Position numbers and translations under genes: made by a program. This document shows positions 45,873 through 56,515 of a stretch of DNA of 64,000 bases, piece by piece. The stretch's first letter is position 1; each line of letters opens with the position of its first letter. The stretch is from positions 56,598 to 120,597 of the forward strand of contig CAZFEF010000001.1 of the NCBI GenBank assembly GCA_964517555.1, in the 5' to 3' direction. Below the pieces are notes generated by a model. That model was given only the letters and a program-made list of their open reading frames with translations, ran no database searches and had not been told where the DNA came from. The stretch comes from an uncultured Gammaproteobacteria bacterium. Its GTDB lineage: Bacteria; Patescibacteriota; Patescibacteriia; Patescibacteriales; UBA12465.

Positions 45873-47375
45873 TTATAGATTATTAAACATTTTGTCCAAA
45901 CCATCCTTCAAAACCATCGTCGCTTTGCAATCGTCTTCATTGTAAATCTTAATTCTCTCCAATGTCTTTTCGTCTCCGGTTTCTAAATAATCGTTATACC
46001 ACTGAATCGATAATGCTCCTGATGGGGTCTCATCTCGCCACTTAAACCCTAAATAAACAGCCAGCTCTTTTATGGAATAACTTGGTAGCGGCCAGTCTGT
46101 GTGCTTTAAAACTACCTGATATAAATCAACTGTATTTTCCTGTTCAAAAAATTGTAATACTTCCTCGGCCGAAATGACATCCGGGTATTGTTTCTGCAAT
46201 TTTTTATAGGTAGTTTTTTCGTGAGGTGAATAGTAATAAACCGAATAATCATTCTCAGGCAAAGTTTTAATATACTTCCAAAAATTGGCCCAAGCTTCTT
46301 TTTCTCCGTCCGGCGTATTATCTTTAGCCGTAAAATCTATAAAACGTTCACCCTTAGGGCTGCGCTCATAAACTCCGTGCAGATAAACAAATTCCTGAGT
46401 CGGGTCATCTTCAATGTCAAAAAATAATTCATAATTAGTTTTAGGTAATTTAATTTTTTTATAAGCTACTGGGGCTTTAATATTTAATAGGACATTTGCT
46501 CTCTTAATAATTTTAATTAGAGTATCAGGCCCAACTCCTTTTAAAAATTTCTTATCCTTCTTTTTTTTCTCAGTAATATATTCTAAATCAATTCCTAATA
46601 TATCCTCAATTTTATAAATTCCCAATTCTTGGTTGATGATATCCCTCTTGCTACGACCAACATAAAACAATCCAGTTAAATCATTGTTTTCAAAAACCCA
46701 TTTTTTGCAACTACTATACCAGGGGCAGAGTTTACATTGACCAAAATAAGCGGGTAAATTCTGAGCCTTATTTTGTAAAAGTAAATCAACATTATTTTTT
46801 ACTGTCTTATAATAATCCCAGACAGTTGTTTTTTCCCTTTGATTTAATAATTCATTTAAGTTATAAACCGCTTCCTCTTTATGGACGTCTAAAATAATCC
46901 CTTTATTTTTATGCTCAAATCCCAATATCTCCAGAAGTTCAACATAAAAAGCCAATTGGACGGCATAATGCTTTTTCATTTTCCCGCCCTCTCCACTTTC
47001 CTCATCGACTCCAGCAAAGCCCATACCAGATTTTATCTCTATCGGGATATAAGTTCCATCAGGCTCCAATCTTAATAAATCAGGAATCCCTAAAAGATTC
47101 TCATACTGCAAAACCCCTTGATAAATCAAAGGGGTTTTATTATTTAAAGCTTCTAAGGTTTTTTTCGCTCGTTCTTCGTAGTTACCGTCACTTAAATCTA
47201 AAGTATTGCCAAGACCTTTCACCACATCTTTTTCAAACTGAACTCCTCGGTCCCAAAGCATCTGCACAAAAGGATTGATCTCTTTTATTTTTTCTTCCTG
47301 CGGACCATAAGCGTCTCGCCACACACGGTGCGGACATTGAGTATAATCATAAAGCTTTGATCCGGTAATTTTCAT
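45873..47375 (-). CDS. RecB/Cas4-like PD-(D/E)XK nuclease (TM0106-type) with C-terminal RNase-H-like region
   Basis: N-terminal YDYTQCPHRVW…, EIK, and a Cys cluster (CKLCPWYSSCKK) as in Cas4/RecB-family nucleases. The start overlaps the upstream GmrSD-like gene. Confidence 0.55.
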   Translation of the reverse strand: MKITGSKLYDYTQCPHRVWRDAYGPQEEKIKEINPFVQMLWDRGVQFEKDVVKGLGNTLDLSDGNYEERAKKTLEALNNKTPLIYQGVLQYENLLGIPDLLRLEPDGTYIPIEIKSGMGFAGVDEESGEGGKMKKHYAVQLAFYVELLEILGFEHKNKGIILDVHKEEAVYNLNELLNQREKTTVWDYYKTVKNNVDLLLQNKAQNLPAYFGQCKLCPWYSSCKKWVFENNDLTGLFYVGRSKRDIINQELGIYKIEDILGIDLEYITEKKKKDKKFLKGVGPDTLIKIIKRANVLLNIKAPVAYKKIKLPKTNYELFFDIEDDPTQEFVYLHGVYERSPKGERFIDFTAKDNTPDGEKEAWANFWKYIKTLPENDYSVYYYSPHEKTTYKKLQKQYPDVISAEEVLQFFEQENTVDLYQVVLKHTDWPLPSYSIKELAVYLGFKWRDETPSGALSIQWYNDYLETGDEKTLERIKIYNEDDCKATMVLKDGLDKMFNNL

Positions 47376-47380
47376 AAATA

Positions 47381-49084
47381 TTAATCAAACTTTTTCATAA
47401 AAATATTTATTGCGTCAGCGATAGCCTTTCTTCTATAGACAAGGAAGTCTATATATTTATCTAATTCCCACAAATCCTTATTTGTCGGTATTAATTGCGA
47501 AGTTAATGCATCTTCACCACGTTTTTCAACAACCTCTTTCTCGAGATATTTTATAGGCTCTTTATTAGTAATCTGTCTATTAGTTTTACCACCAATAAAA
47601 GCCATATTAGATATCTCATTGACTTCTTTTTGATCATACATAGCCTTAATTAAAGACTTTGGAAAAATATGGTGATATTGAATAGTGTGCGCCCTTCCAA
47701 CGTGACTATCGGCCAATTTTAAACCAGTCCACCAATCCTTAGCCTCATTCTGTCGCAAAACAAAATATAGCATTGAAAATAAAGGACTTCTGATTCCTTT
47801 AAATGCTAAGTCGTCTGAATCAACAACAAATTTTTTAACGTGCAAATGTAATTGATTAATTAATTCATCTAATCCCTTCTCTTTAAACAGAATAGATAAG
47901 TCAGCATCCAATATAGACTCAGATGAACCCATACTGTAGTGTCCTCTCATATGAGCCAAATAAAACCACTTTAACATTTTCTTCTCATCCTCTGGGCTTA
48001 ATTTATAATCATTTAGAGCTGAATAAAGTGCGATTGGCACTAATAAAAATGGAGAGGAAAGAAATCTAAGACTATCAATGCCGGCATTATTTCTGATAAA
48101 ATTTATAGCAAATTCTAAGCTACCAGTTGCGGTCTTCCACGATTCTTCCAATTTTTGTTTACTTAACTTCCCAACAGTTTTAAATTTACTTTGATGAGTC
48201 GCAAATATTGTTAACATACGAACTGGCAAACCAGTTTCAACAATATAATCCTCATCGCCATCAAACTGACCGGCAAAATTTTCTATAAGATCCATAAAAC
48301 CCTTCCACTTAGAAGTGATTTGGGCTAAGGCCAAATCAGAGCCTCTTAATTTAATGCCCAAGGAGTTAACTCTAACGAAAATTTCGGTAACCTCTTCATA
48401 TGACATTCTTTTTTCTAAAACCTGCATAACATATTGATAGTCTGATATTTTTTTAACTTTTTGTAATCTTTCGGAATATTTATCCCACTTCTCATCATCT
48501 GAATTTATACCAATAGATTTTAATATCTGGTTTTCGGTTTTCTTAAAAATATCAGAAACCAAAACCCAAACTGGATCGTTTTGCAAGGAGCGGCTCGCTA
48601 CTACGAATGTTCTCTTTTTCATATCCTGTTGAATATCCCTCTCTGCGCTCTCTTCATCCTCAACTTCCTCAATATCTGCATTAAAATCGCTCTCATCATC
48701 AACTAAAAGTTCTACTGGTGGGCCATCTGGATGTTCTAAGTTAAAAAGAATATCAATCGGTCTTCTGCGTCCCCTAACCTTAACTGGTTCTCCAGTTAAA
48801 ATAGCTGATAATGAAGTAACTCTTTGTTGTCCATCTAATAATAAGAGCTTCTGTGACGTCGTAGGACTTTTAGTAGCTTCAACCGCCAAACCTCTATCTT
48901 GGATATCTTCATCTGTCTCCCAAACCAAAATTGTTCCAGATGGATATCCTCGATACAGAGAATCTAATAAATCGCGGACTCTAGTAGCTGGCCATACATA
49001 GCGACGCTGCATTTCCGGCAACGTTAATTCATTTCTTAAAACCTTGTCGACTAATTCACGGACTGTTATATCTGTTTTTGGCAT
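47381..49084 (-). CDS. GmrSD-like DUF262 (ParB-like) + DUF1524 (HNH-like) putative type IV restriction enzyme
   Basis: N-terminal ELTLPEMQRRYVW…SGTILVW…LLDGQQRVTS (DUF262 signature). C-terminal HTIQYHHIFPKS…NMAFIGGKTN (DUF1524 His-Me finger). Confidence 0.75.
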   Translation of the reverse strand: MPKTDITVRELVDKVLRNELTLPEMQRRYVWPATRVRDLLDSLYRGYPSGTILVWETDEDIQDRGLAVEATKSPTTSQKLLLLDGQQRVTSLSAILTGEPVKVRGRRRPIDILFNLEHPDGPPVELLVDDESDFNADIEEVEDEESAERDIQQDMKKRTFVVASRSLQNDPVWVLVSDIFKKTENQILKSIGINSDDEKWDKYSERLQKVKKISDYQYVMQVLEKRMSYEEVTEIFVRVNSLGIKLRGSDLALAQITSKWKGFMDLIENFAGQFDGDEDYIVETGLPVRMLTIFATHQSKFKTVGKLSKQKLEESWKTATGSLEFAINFIRNNAGIDSLRFLSSPFLLVPIALYSALNDYKLSPEDEKKMLKWFYLAHMRGHYSMGSSESILDADLSILFKEKGLDELINQLHLHVKKFVVDSDDLAFKGIRSPLFSMLYFVLRQNEAKDWWTGLKLADSHVGRAHTIQYHHIFPKSLIKAMYDQKEVNEISNMAFIGGKTNRQITNKEPIKYLEKEVVEKRGEDALTSQLIPTNKDLWELDKYIDFLVYRRKAIADAINIFMKKFD

Positions 49085-49103
49085 ATAATATTTAAATTAA
49101 TAA

Positions 49104-49298
49104 TTATTTAATTAAATAAGCTATAAAAATAAAAATAGAAAAAATAATAAACCAAATAATAACTTTGCTAATTTTTTTAGCTATTCCATCTTTTACGTGC
49201 CCACCGACTGACTTCCAAAAATTTTTTGAAGAAATTATAGAGATGCCCCATATTACAAGTAAAACTATTACGATTGAAATTAATATTTGTTTTAACAT
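49104..49298 (-). CDS. small TM protein (64 aa)
   Basis: Two hydrophobic helices. Embedded in the defence operon. Confidence 0.35.
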   Translation of the reverse strand: MLKQILISIVIVLLVIWGISIISSKNFWKSVGGHVKDGIAKKISKVIIWFIIFSIFIFIAYLIK

Positions 49299-49303
49299 AA
49301 TTT

Positions 49304-50035
49304 TTAATTATTGTCTTTCTTACCAAAATTTAAAGTGGTAATATTTAAATATTGATATAAAAAATCTTCAGTCTTCTCAAGTATTTCATTGGTCGCCCCT
49401 TCAATTTGTGGAAAGTTTCTAGTTGAAGTTTCAATCCAAAATATCTTACCTTTTTCGAAAGACTCGTCCCGCTGCTTTTCAAAAGAATCTATTGCATATT
49501 GTGTTAATTGGCCCCTGATTGGATTGGTCTCCAACAGCATAGTCTCCGCCATCTCCATATTAATAACGTTAGTATCCACAAATCTATCATTCCCGTGCCT
49601 ATGAGTCCCACGGTGGGTGGACACACCCTTAAAAACTTTGAATATTTGATCGTTTACAAATTTTAATGCTTTAGAAACTTCTTCTTTATTTTTTGCAATC
49701 CGTTTTAAGTCATTCTTAAGACAGCCAATATAATTGGTGAGTTTATTTTTTAATGTCTCAACATCTTCAAGGTATGCGTGAATATGATGCTCTAATGCCT
49801 CACGATTTTTTATATTTTTCGATAAGGGATAAAACTCTAAAAAATATACTTCATATCTAGATATTTTATTAAGAAACCATTTTATGGAGCTAATTATTCT
49901 AAAATATTTATCAACCGAATCTTTCTCAAAATCTTTACTAAATATAATTTTATTTTTATAGTCGGCCTCAAAAAATTCTGGATGAGAATAACTGAGCAAG
50001 TCGTTTAAAATTTTATCAATCTCTTTATTACCCAT
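49304..50035 (-). CDS. hypothetical protein (243 aa), possible HEPN/Abi-like
   Basis: Contains an Rx4H-like stretch (THRGTHRHGND). Sits directly downstream of hsdR. Assignment is weak. Confidence 0.35.
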   Translation of the reverse strand: MGNKEIDKILNDLLSYSHPEFFEADYKNKIIFSKDFEKDSVDKYFRIISSIKWFLNKISRYEVYFLEFYPLSKNIKNREALEHHIHAYLEDVETLKNKLTNYIGCLKNDLKRIAKNKEEVSKALKFVNDQIFKVFKGVSTHRGTHRHGNDRFVDTNVINMEMAETMLLETNPIRGQLTQYAIDSFEKQRDESFEKGKIFWIETSTRNFPQIEGATNEILEKTEDFLYQYLNITTLNFGKKDNN

Positions 50036-50083
50036 AACTATTTATTACAAAACTTATTAATTACCTTTCTCATTTTCGACAGT

Positions 50084-53047
50084 CTATTCTTCTCTTAACG
50101 CCAGAACCTTATCAACTACAAATCGCAACATTTTCTTTTCAATATATTCGTTTAACTCTTTATTGTTTGCGAGAGTTTCGTAAAGTTTTTTATCGGTATC
50201 ATATTTATCAAAAACTTTATTTTCAAACGGTTTATGAAACCATCTACCGACCGCCTGCATAGAACTGTTGTTATAAACAACGTTTTGAGCTTCTTCATCA
50301 CTCACCAACTCTTCGCCAATAGAATTAAGGGTTTTTTGTTGATCCTCTCCAAAATCTAAACCCCAGTGCTTATTAACATCACCAATTATCTGTGAAATAA
50401 GATCCTCTGTTTCTTCAAAAGGAACCCCGGGAACTATCTCGTCCTGGTGGACATCGCCAGTTTCCGGTGAAAGAGTAATACTTGATTGAAGTTTGCGAAC
50501 TACACGCACCGAATCCATATCAACATATTTTAAAATTTCGATAAGCGGCTTCTTAGGATCCTTAGGCATTTTTTTCAGAAGATATTTCAATAAAAGATAT
50601 AGCTTCTCGTGAGAGACCTCTGAATAGCCAACAACCTGAGCGAGATATGGATAGCGCTTTGTGTAAACATTGCCAATCGAAAGGAATTCTCCATACTTAT
50701 CCTCAACTATTACATCGCCATTACTTTTGTGAGGTAACTCGGCAATAATTTGTTTGGCAATTTTATCCAAAAAGGCGTTAGCATTTTGATGTATCTCTTC
50801 AGCATTTGGATCAATCAAGGCAACAAAACCATCAAGCACTTCATCACTAAAATTATAAACAGCGAAAAGCGCTTGCCGCAAATCATTAAGCGCATTTATA
50901 TCCGTCCCCTCAGAAATTATTGTGCTGGTATAATAAGGTTCAAATGCTTGTTTAATATCATCCACCTCATTTACAAAATCAAGAACATATACCTGGTCTT
51001 TATCTCGTGCGGTCCGATTTAGACGAGAAAGGGTTTGAACTGCCTGCACGCCAGACAAATGCTTATCTACATACATCGCACATAAAAATGGTTCATCGAA
51101 TCCAGTTTGATATTTTTCGGCTACGATTAAAAAACGATACTCAGCTTTTTTAAATTCTTTGGCAGTATTATCTTCAGGAATTCCTTCGTTAATAGAGGTT
51201 TCAGTATATGACACGCCATCTATCTCGATTGAATCAGTAAATGCCGCCAATGTTTTATGAGTATAATTATGCTCGCGCAAATAATGATCTAAAGCTAACT
51301 TATATCTAACAGCAGCTTCTCGTGACGAGGTCACAATCATTGCTTTAGATTCTCCCCGCAATAAGTCCTTAACCGTCTTCTCAAAATGTGCCATAATTAC
51401 TTCTATTTTCTGGTTTAAAGTAGTTTCGTGAAAATTGACGTGCCGCAAGATAGCAGACAATGCCCGTGCGCGCGGAACAGTCGGATCTTCGGCTGCTTTT
51501 TTCAAAAGTTTAAAATAAGTTTTATAGGTAGTATAATTTGATAGGACATCAAGAATAAATTTCTCTTCAGTCGCCTGCTTCATAGAATATAAACTGAAAG
51601 GTTGGAAGGAACCATCTGGTTGTTTTTCGCCAAATCGTTCTAAGGTTTCGTGCCTAGGTGTTGCTGTAAAAGCAAAATAACTTATATTACTTGGCTGTTG
51701 ACGACTTTCTACTTGTTGGACAAGCCAATTTTCAACATCTTCTACGCCAAGTCGATCCTGCACTGCTCGCGTAAGTTCACCTGACTGAGAAGAGTGTGCT
51801 TCATCTACAATGAGTGCAAACTTTTTTGCAGAGAGTTTATTAACCAACCCATTTACAAACGGAAATTTATGAATGGTGGAAGTAATTATCTGCGCATCAC
51901 CCTCAAGTGCATCTTTTAAACGCACGCCGTCTTCGCCGGCCGGGACAAATATTCCCGACACCGGTGATAATGCTCGAATAATTTCTCGCAACATTTTATC
52001 TAATACACGACGATCAGTTAAAACAATTACTGCGTCATACACTCTTTCATTTTTTTCATCAAAAAGATTAATTAAGCGATGCGCTAACCAGGCGATAGTT
52101 AAACTTTTACCACTGCCAGCGCTATGTTGAATAAGATAGTTCTTCCCAGCATTATGTTCTTGCGAAGCTAAAAGTAAATCTAAGACAGTCCGCCATTGCT
52201 GGTAACGTGGGAAGAGTTGAATTGGTTGTTTATATTCCCTGCCTAAACGATCCTCACGAACTTCATCATAGGCGTGAACAAAAAACTGCAATAAATCAGC
52301 TAATGAATCTGGCGCCCAAAGATTTTCCCAAATATAGTGGGTTTTGTGCTTACCTTCTATGGGCGGATTACCAGCGCCTAATTCAAATCCTTTGTTGAAT
52401 GGCAAGAAAAAAGTGCGCTCGTTTTTTAACTCAGTAGTAACAAAAGCCTCGCTTGTATCCATAGCAAAATGCGCCACGCAACGCTTGAATGCAAAAAGTT
52501 TTTCACGGGGATCACGATCATTTTGATATTGGCGAATGGCGTGATAAACGTTTTGACCGGTTAACTCATTCTTCAATTCGGCAGTAATAACTGGGATACC
52601 ATTTATAAAAAGCACAGCATCGATAGATTGCTCCGTTGTTTGTGAAAATTTTACTTGGCGAGTAATAGAAAAAATATTTTCATTATACACTCGCTCAACA
52701 TCTTGATTTTCAGCATTTACAGGACGGAAATAAATAAGATCAAATTTAACAGGCCCATCTTCAACCCCCTTGCGCAAGCAATCTATAATTCCACGTCTAC
52801 CAATTTCCTCATCAATCCGACGAACTAATCGTGACTCAAAATCATCGCCAGATATTTTTTGAAGCTTAGAAAGTTTTTCACCCTGAGTGGCACTCAAAAA
52901 TTCAAAGAGAAGTTCTGCATCAAAAGTAGTTATCTTATCATAGTCCTTCTCGGCATTTCGCTTACGAAAACCGTGCAGGCGGGCAAGCTCTTTTTCAATA
53001 TGTTTTTCAAATTCAATCTCTTTCAAATTTTGATGAATGTTTGGCAT
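50084..53047 (-). CDS. hsdR: type I restriction enzyme R subunit
   Basis: N-terminal PD-(D/E)XK region (FINGIPVITAELK) and SF2 helicase motifs, including LIVDEAHSSQSG. Confidence 0.9.
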   Translation of the reverse strand: MPNIHQNLKEIEFEKHIEKELARLHGFRKRNAEKDYDKITTFDAELLFEFLSATQGEKLSKLQKISGDDFESRLVRRIDEEIGRRGIIDCLRKGVEDGPVKFDLIYFRPVNAENQDVERVYNENIFSITRQVKFSQTTEQSIDAVLFINGIPVITAELKNELTGQNVYHAIRQYQNDRDPREKLFAFKRCVAHFAMDTSEAFVTTELKNERTFFLPFNKGFELGAGNPPIEGKHKTHYIWENLWAPDSLADLLQFFVHAYDEVREDRLGREYKQPIQLFPRYQQWRTVLDLLLASQEHNAGKNYLIQHSAGSGKSLTIAWLAHRLINLFDEKNERVYDAVIVLTDRRVLDKMLREIIRALSPVSGIFVPAGEDGVRLKDALEGDAQIITSTIHKFPFVNGLVNKLSAKKFALIVDEAHSSQSGELTRAVQDRLGVEDVENWLVQQVESRQQPSNISYFAFTATPRHETLERFGEKQPDGSFQPFSLYSMKQATEEKFILDVLSNYTTYKTYFKLLKKAAEDPTVPRARALSAILRHVNFHETTLNQKIEVIMAHFEKTVKDLLRGESKAMIVTSSREAAVRYKLALDHYLREHNYTHKTLAAFTDSIEIDGVSYTETSINEGIPEDNTAKEFKKAEYRFLIVAEKYQTGFDEPFLCAMYVDKHLSGVQAVQTLSRLNRTARDKDQVYVLDFVNEVDDIKQAFEPYYTSTIISEGTDINALNDLRQALFAVYNFSDEVLDGFVALIDPNAEEIHQNANAFLDKIAKQIIAELPHKSNGDVIVEDKYGEFLSIGNVYTKRYPYLAQVVGYSEVSHEKLYLLLKYLLKKMPKDPKKPLIEILKYVDMDSVRVVRKLQSSITLSPETGDVHQDEIVPGVPFEETEDLISQIIGDVNKHWGLDFGEDQQKTLNSIGEELVSDEEAQNVVYNNSSMQAVGRWFHKPFENKVFDKYDTDKKLYETLANNKELNEYIEKKMLRFVVDKVLALREE

Positions 53048-53051
53048 AATT

Positions 53052-54311
53052 TTATATTTTAATTTTACCCGTCACCGCAGAATAGATAAGCGACGAGCGA
53101 TATTCTTTTAGTTGATTAGTCTGTGAATTAATAAGTATAATGGCTTTATCTATTTTATCCGTCTCTACATCTAAATAGCCTGAAATCAATTCTTGCTCCT
53201 GTATGCCTGGAACTTGCACAGAGAGAGAAAGTAGATCCCACTGATTAAGAGTTGATCGCACGCCCATTCCCAAAAAATTAAAAATACCCTGTAAATATAA
53301 CGAATAGTATGCCCAATAAAAATATTTGGATATTAACTTTGAATTAGGAACTATACGCAAATAAGCTGAACTCATAATTCCTTTTTCAGGCACTATGCCG
53401 ACACGACTTGTTTGACGATTTTCAAGATCTATTAATTTAAACACTAAATCATCTTTATAAAAAATTTGATAACTTGCATAATCGGCTGGGACTAAACTTC
53501 TAGCCTCGTAGTCCTCCTTATTAATAACACCCCTGAGAGTTAAAGCTAAAATATGATCGCATTGATATTTATCATTAAGTTCTTTTTTATATCTAAATAT
53601 AAATTTTCCTCGACGCATCTCCCATTTACTAGGAATACCGCCCACCCAATCAACATTAGAAGATTTCATTTCAACTTTTGAATCGAGACCCCTGGTAACA
53701 GCACTAATAATAATCGCGGCACGTTTTTCACGCAATAAATCAACCATTTTTTCTTTCTTTGCAATCAACTCGTCAATAATTCTTGTTTTCTTATCTAGAA
53801 AATCAGCGATTTGCTGTTGGCTCTCAATGGGAGGGACAAGAATCGGAAAATTTAAAAGAATCTCGTCTTTTAATACCCAACGATGGTCAACTGAAACACC
53901 TTGGCCAAAAGGAAAAAATATCTCATTTAAATAATGCCATTGAAAAAAATATTTATAGTATTTTAAAAATAAAACTGCCTTTTCTTTTTTACGAATCGTA
54001 GTATACGCCAAACTAATAACACCATCAAAAATAGAGAGATCTACCGCTCCAGTGCGAAGATCCATAGGATTAAAAACTATATCGTCTTTTCTGATACGAG
54101 TATAACTTTCATAAGTCTCTGCTATTTGACCTTCATTATTAGATATATCTCTAATTTTAATCCCCTTTTGAGTCAAGGAGAGCACTGGAAGATCTTCGCC
54201 TGAATTTTTTTCTTTAGATATTTCAAATAAATTTTTAATACGAAGCAGCTCCCAATTTTTAGGAGTATTGTTTAACCAACTAATTTTAGATAAATTTACA
54301 ATATCTTTCAT
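53052..54311 (-). CDS. hsdS: type I restriction-modification specificity subunit
   Basis: Two target-recognition domains separated by conserved helical spacer regions. Overlaps the hsdM stop codon. Confidence 0.8.
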   Translation of the reverse strand: MKDIVNLSKISWLNNTPKNWELLRIKNLFEISKEKNSGEDLPVLSLTQKGIKIRDISNNEGQIAETYESYTRIRKDDIVFNPMDLRTGAVDLSIFDGVISLAYTTIRKKEKAVLFLKYYKYFFQWHYLNEIFFPFGQGVSVDHRWVLKDEILLNFPILVPPIESQQQIADFLDKKTRIIDELIAKKEKMVDLLREKRAAIIISAVTRGLDSKVEMKSSNVDWVGGIPSKWEMRRGKFIFRYKKELNDKYQCDHILALTLRGVINKEDYEARSLVPADYASYQIFYKDDLVFKLIDLENRQTSRVGIVPEKGIMSSAYLRIVPNSKLISKYFYWAYYSLYLQGIFNFLGMGVRSTLNQWDLLSLSVQVPGIQEQELISGYLDVETDKIDKAIILINSQTNQLKEYRSSLIYSAVTGKIKI

Positions 54312-56347
54312 AATTTTTTAAGATTAGAAAGAATTTCTTCCTCTATTTTTTTAATATCTATCTCTATTTCATCGAATTTACGCGGTTCTCGGTATTCATA
54401 GAAAAATCTCGTGAAAGGAATTTCATAACCAATAACACCAACACCTTGGTCTTTTCCGTCACAAACACTTTCATCTACCCAAGCATCTGGTGCATAAGGT
54501 TTTACTTCTTTTTCAAAGTATTTGTTTATATCCATCCCCCACGGCACACGTTCATAATCCTTAAGCTCGTTATCGGCCTCTTGTTTTCCATTCTCATCCA
54601 AACAAATCTCGCCCTCTTCATCGCGCTCACCAATTTGCTGCCAAACAATTTTAGCAATTCTTTTAGTAGTTTTAAGATTTCTTTTTTTGAGTTCACTTTC
54701 TAATTTTTCTAAAAAATCAACCCGTGAAATAATTATTTCCCCTTGTATGCTTTCCAGTATTTCATAAATAGCGGCGCGAAGCTCCTGCCATAATTTATTT
54801 TCCTCATCGCCTTTTTCACCTTTTTTCTTACTCGGCACGTCATTTAAGAAATCCTTATGATTTTTCAACCGTTCTAAAGTTTTACTATTGATTTCAAATT
54901 TAAGACGAAGCGGGCGCTGAATCGTAATCTGCCGATAAGCAAAATCGGTTGTGTTAAATATTTTTACCTGTTCAGTATTTTTATTTTCAATATAATGCTC
55001 TAAAATTTCCTGCGCATTTTCATCAGTTATTTCATAGCGCTTCTCTCCAAGATTTTTTCGCAGCTGTGTGCGAATATTACGTGCATCAACTAGCATCACT
55101 TTGTTTTTTCGATCAACAGGTTTTTGTGTTGAAAATATCCAAATATACGTAGAGATTCCGGTATTAAAAAATAATTTTTCAGGAAGAGCAACAATCGCAT
55201 CTAATAAATCATTTTCTAAAATCCAGCGACGTATTTCACTCTCACCACTGCCGGCATCACCGGTAAAGAGTGGTGAACCATTAAAAATAACAGCTGCTTC
55301 ACCTCCACCTTCTTCTTTTGTTTTTAATTTAGAAATAATATGTTGCATAAACAAAAACTGCGCATCGGAAATCCTAGGTAACCCAGCGCCAAATCTGCCA
55401 GAGAATCCTCGTTCTGCCTCACTCGCAACTGCAGTTTTATCCTTTTCCCAACTCACCCCAAAAGGAGGATTGGAAAGAACGTAGTCAAACCTCTGCCCTT
55501 GATGTTGATCGTTAGACAGCGTGCTTGCCTTGGTGTGCTCCTTGTCACCGCCCTTAATTGAGTCAATATCCTCGCCCTTAAGCAGCATATCTGCCTTACA
55601 GACCGCGTAAGTAGTTGAATTAAGCTCTTGGCCATAAAGAAAAATCTTAGCATCCTTGTTAAAGTGAGTCTGAATATAGTCCTTACTTACGGTGAGCATT
55701 CCACCAGTGCCGCAAGCTGGATCATAAATCTCTTTAATCGCGCCCGGTTTAGCTAACTCCTTCTCTTTACCAGTAAAAAGCAAGGATGTCATAAGACGCA
55801 CCACGTCGCGTGGAGTATAGTGCTCTCCGGCTGTTTCATTAGATTGTTCAGCAAAGCGACGAATAAGATCTTCAAAGGCAAGGCCGATAATATGGTTTTC
55901 TACTTGGTCAGGATGAAGATTTATTTTATTAAACTCTTTTAGCGCAAGATAAAGCAATTCTGACTCGTGCAATTTATCTAAAATCCTATCAAATTCAAAT
56001 TTAGCAAAAATTTCTTTAACATTATCGGAAAAACCATCGATATATTTGCGTAAATTAGGCGCGGCTTGCGTCGGCGCTTCTAAAAGCTTTTTGAAAGTAT
56101 AGGGTGAAGTATTATAAAAATTATATCCGGTTGTGCGATAAAGAATGTTGAGATTTTTAACGCGACCATCGAGCTCATTAAACCGCTCCAGGGTTTTTTG
56201 TTTTGTTGGTTCAAGGGCGTCGTCCAATCTCTTAAGGACAGTCAGGGGCAAAATAACATCCTGATAATCTTGAGCCTTAAAAGTGCCTTGCAGATGGTTC
56301 GCAATATTCCAAATCGTATTAGATATTTCTCGATAATTTGTTAACAT
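54308..56347 (-). CDS. hsdM: type I restriction-modification N6-adenine DNA methyltransferase subunit
   Basis: Motif I (IYDPACGTGGML) and motif IV (LSNPPFGVSW). Confidence 0.9.
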   Translation of the reverse strand: MLTNYREISNTIWNIANHLQGTFKAQDYQDVILPLTVLKRLDDALEPTKQKTLERFNELDGRVKNLNILYRTTGYNFYNTSPYTFKKLLEAPTQAAPNLRKYIDGFSDNVKEIFAKFEFDRILDKLHESELLYLALKEFNKINLHPDQVENHIIGLAFEDLIRRFAEQSNETAGEHYTPRDVVRLMTSLLFTGKEKELAKPGAIKEIYDPACGTGGMLTVSKDYIQTHFNKDAKIFLYGQELNSTTYAVCKADMLLKGEDIDSIKGGDKEHTKASTLSNDQHQGQRFDYVLSNPPFGVSWEKDKTAVASEAERGFSGRFGAGLPRISDAQFLFMQHIISKLKTKEEGGGEAAVIFNGSPLFTGDAGSGESEIRRWILENDLLDAIVALPEKLFFNTGISTYIWIFSTQKPVDRKNKVMLVDARNIRTQLRKNLGEKRYEITDENAQEILEHYIENKNTEQVKIFNTTDFAYRQITIQRPLRLKFEINSKTLERLKNHKDFLNDVPSKKKGEKGDEENKLWQELRAAIYEILESIQGEIIISRVDFLEKLESELKKRNLKTTKRIAKIVWQQIGERDEEGEICLDENGKQEADNELKDYERVPWGMDINKYFEKEVKPYAPDAWVDESVCDGKDQGVGVIGYEIPFTRFFYEYREPRKFDEIEIDIKKIEEEILSNLKKL

Positions 56348-56515
56348 TTTTTTATTTCATTAAATAATTATAAATAATAGTCGAATAATCCATAAAACTA
56401 CTAAAAAACTAAAAAATAAGGTAGTTTTTCTACATAAATGCTTGATTTTTTAGCTATTCCAGGCTAACATCAGTATATAATATTAGTATTAAAATTACAA
56501 TTAATATCCAATTAT

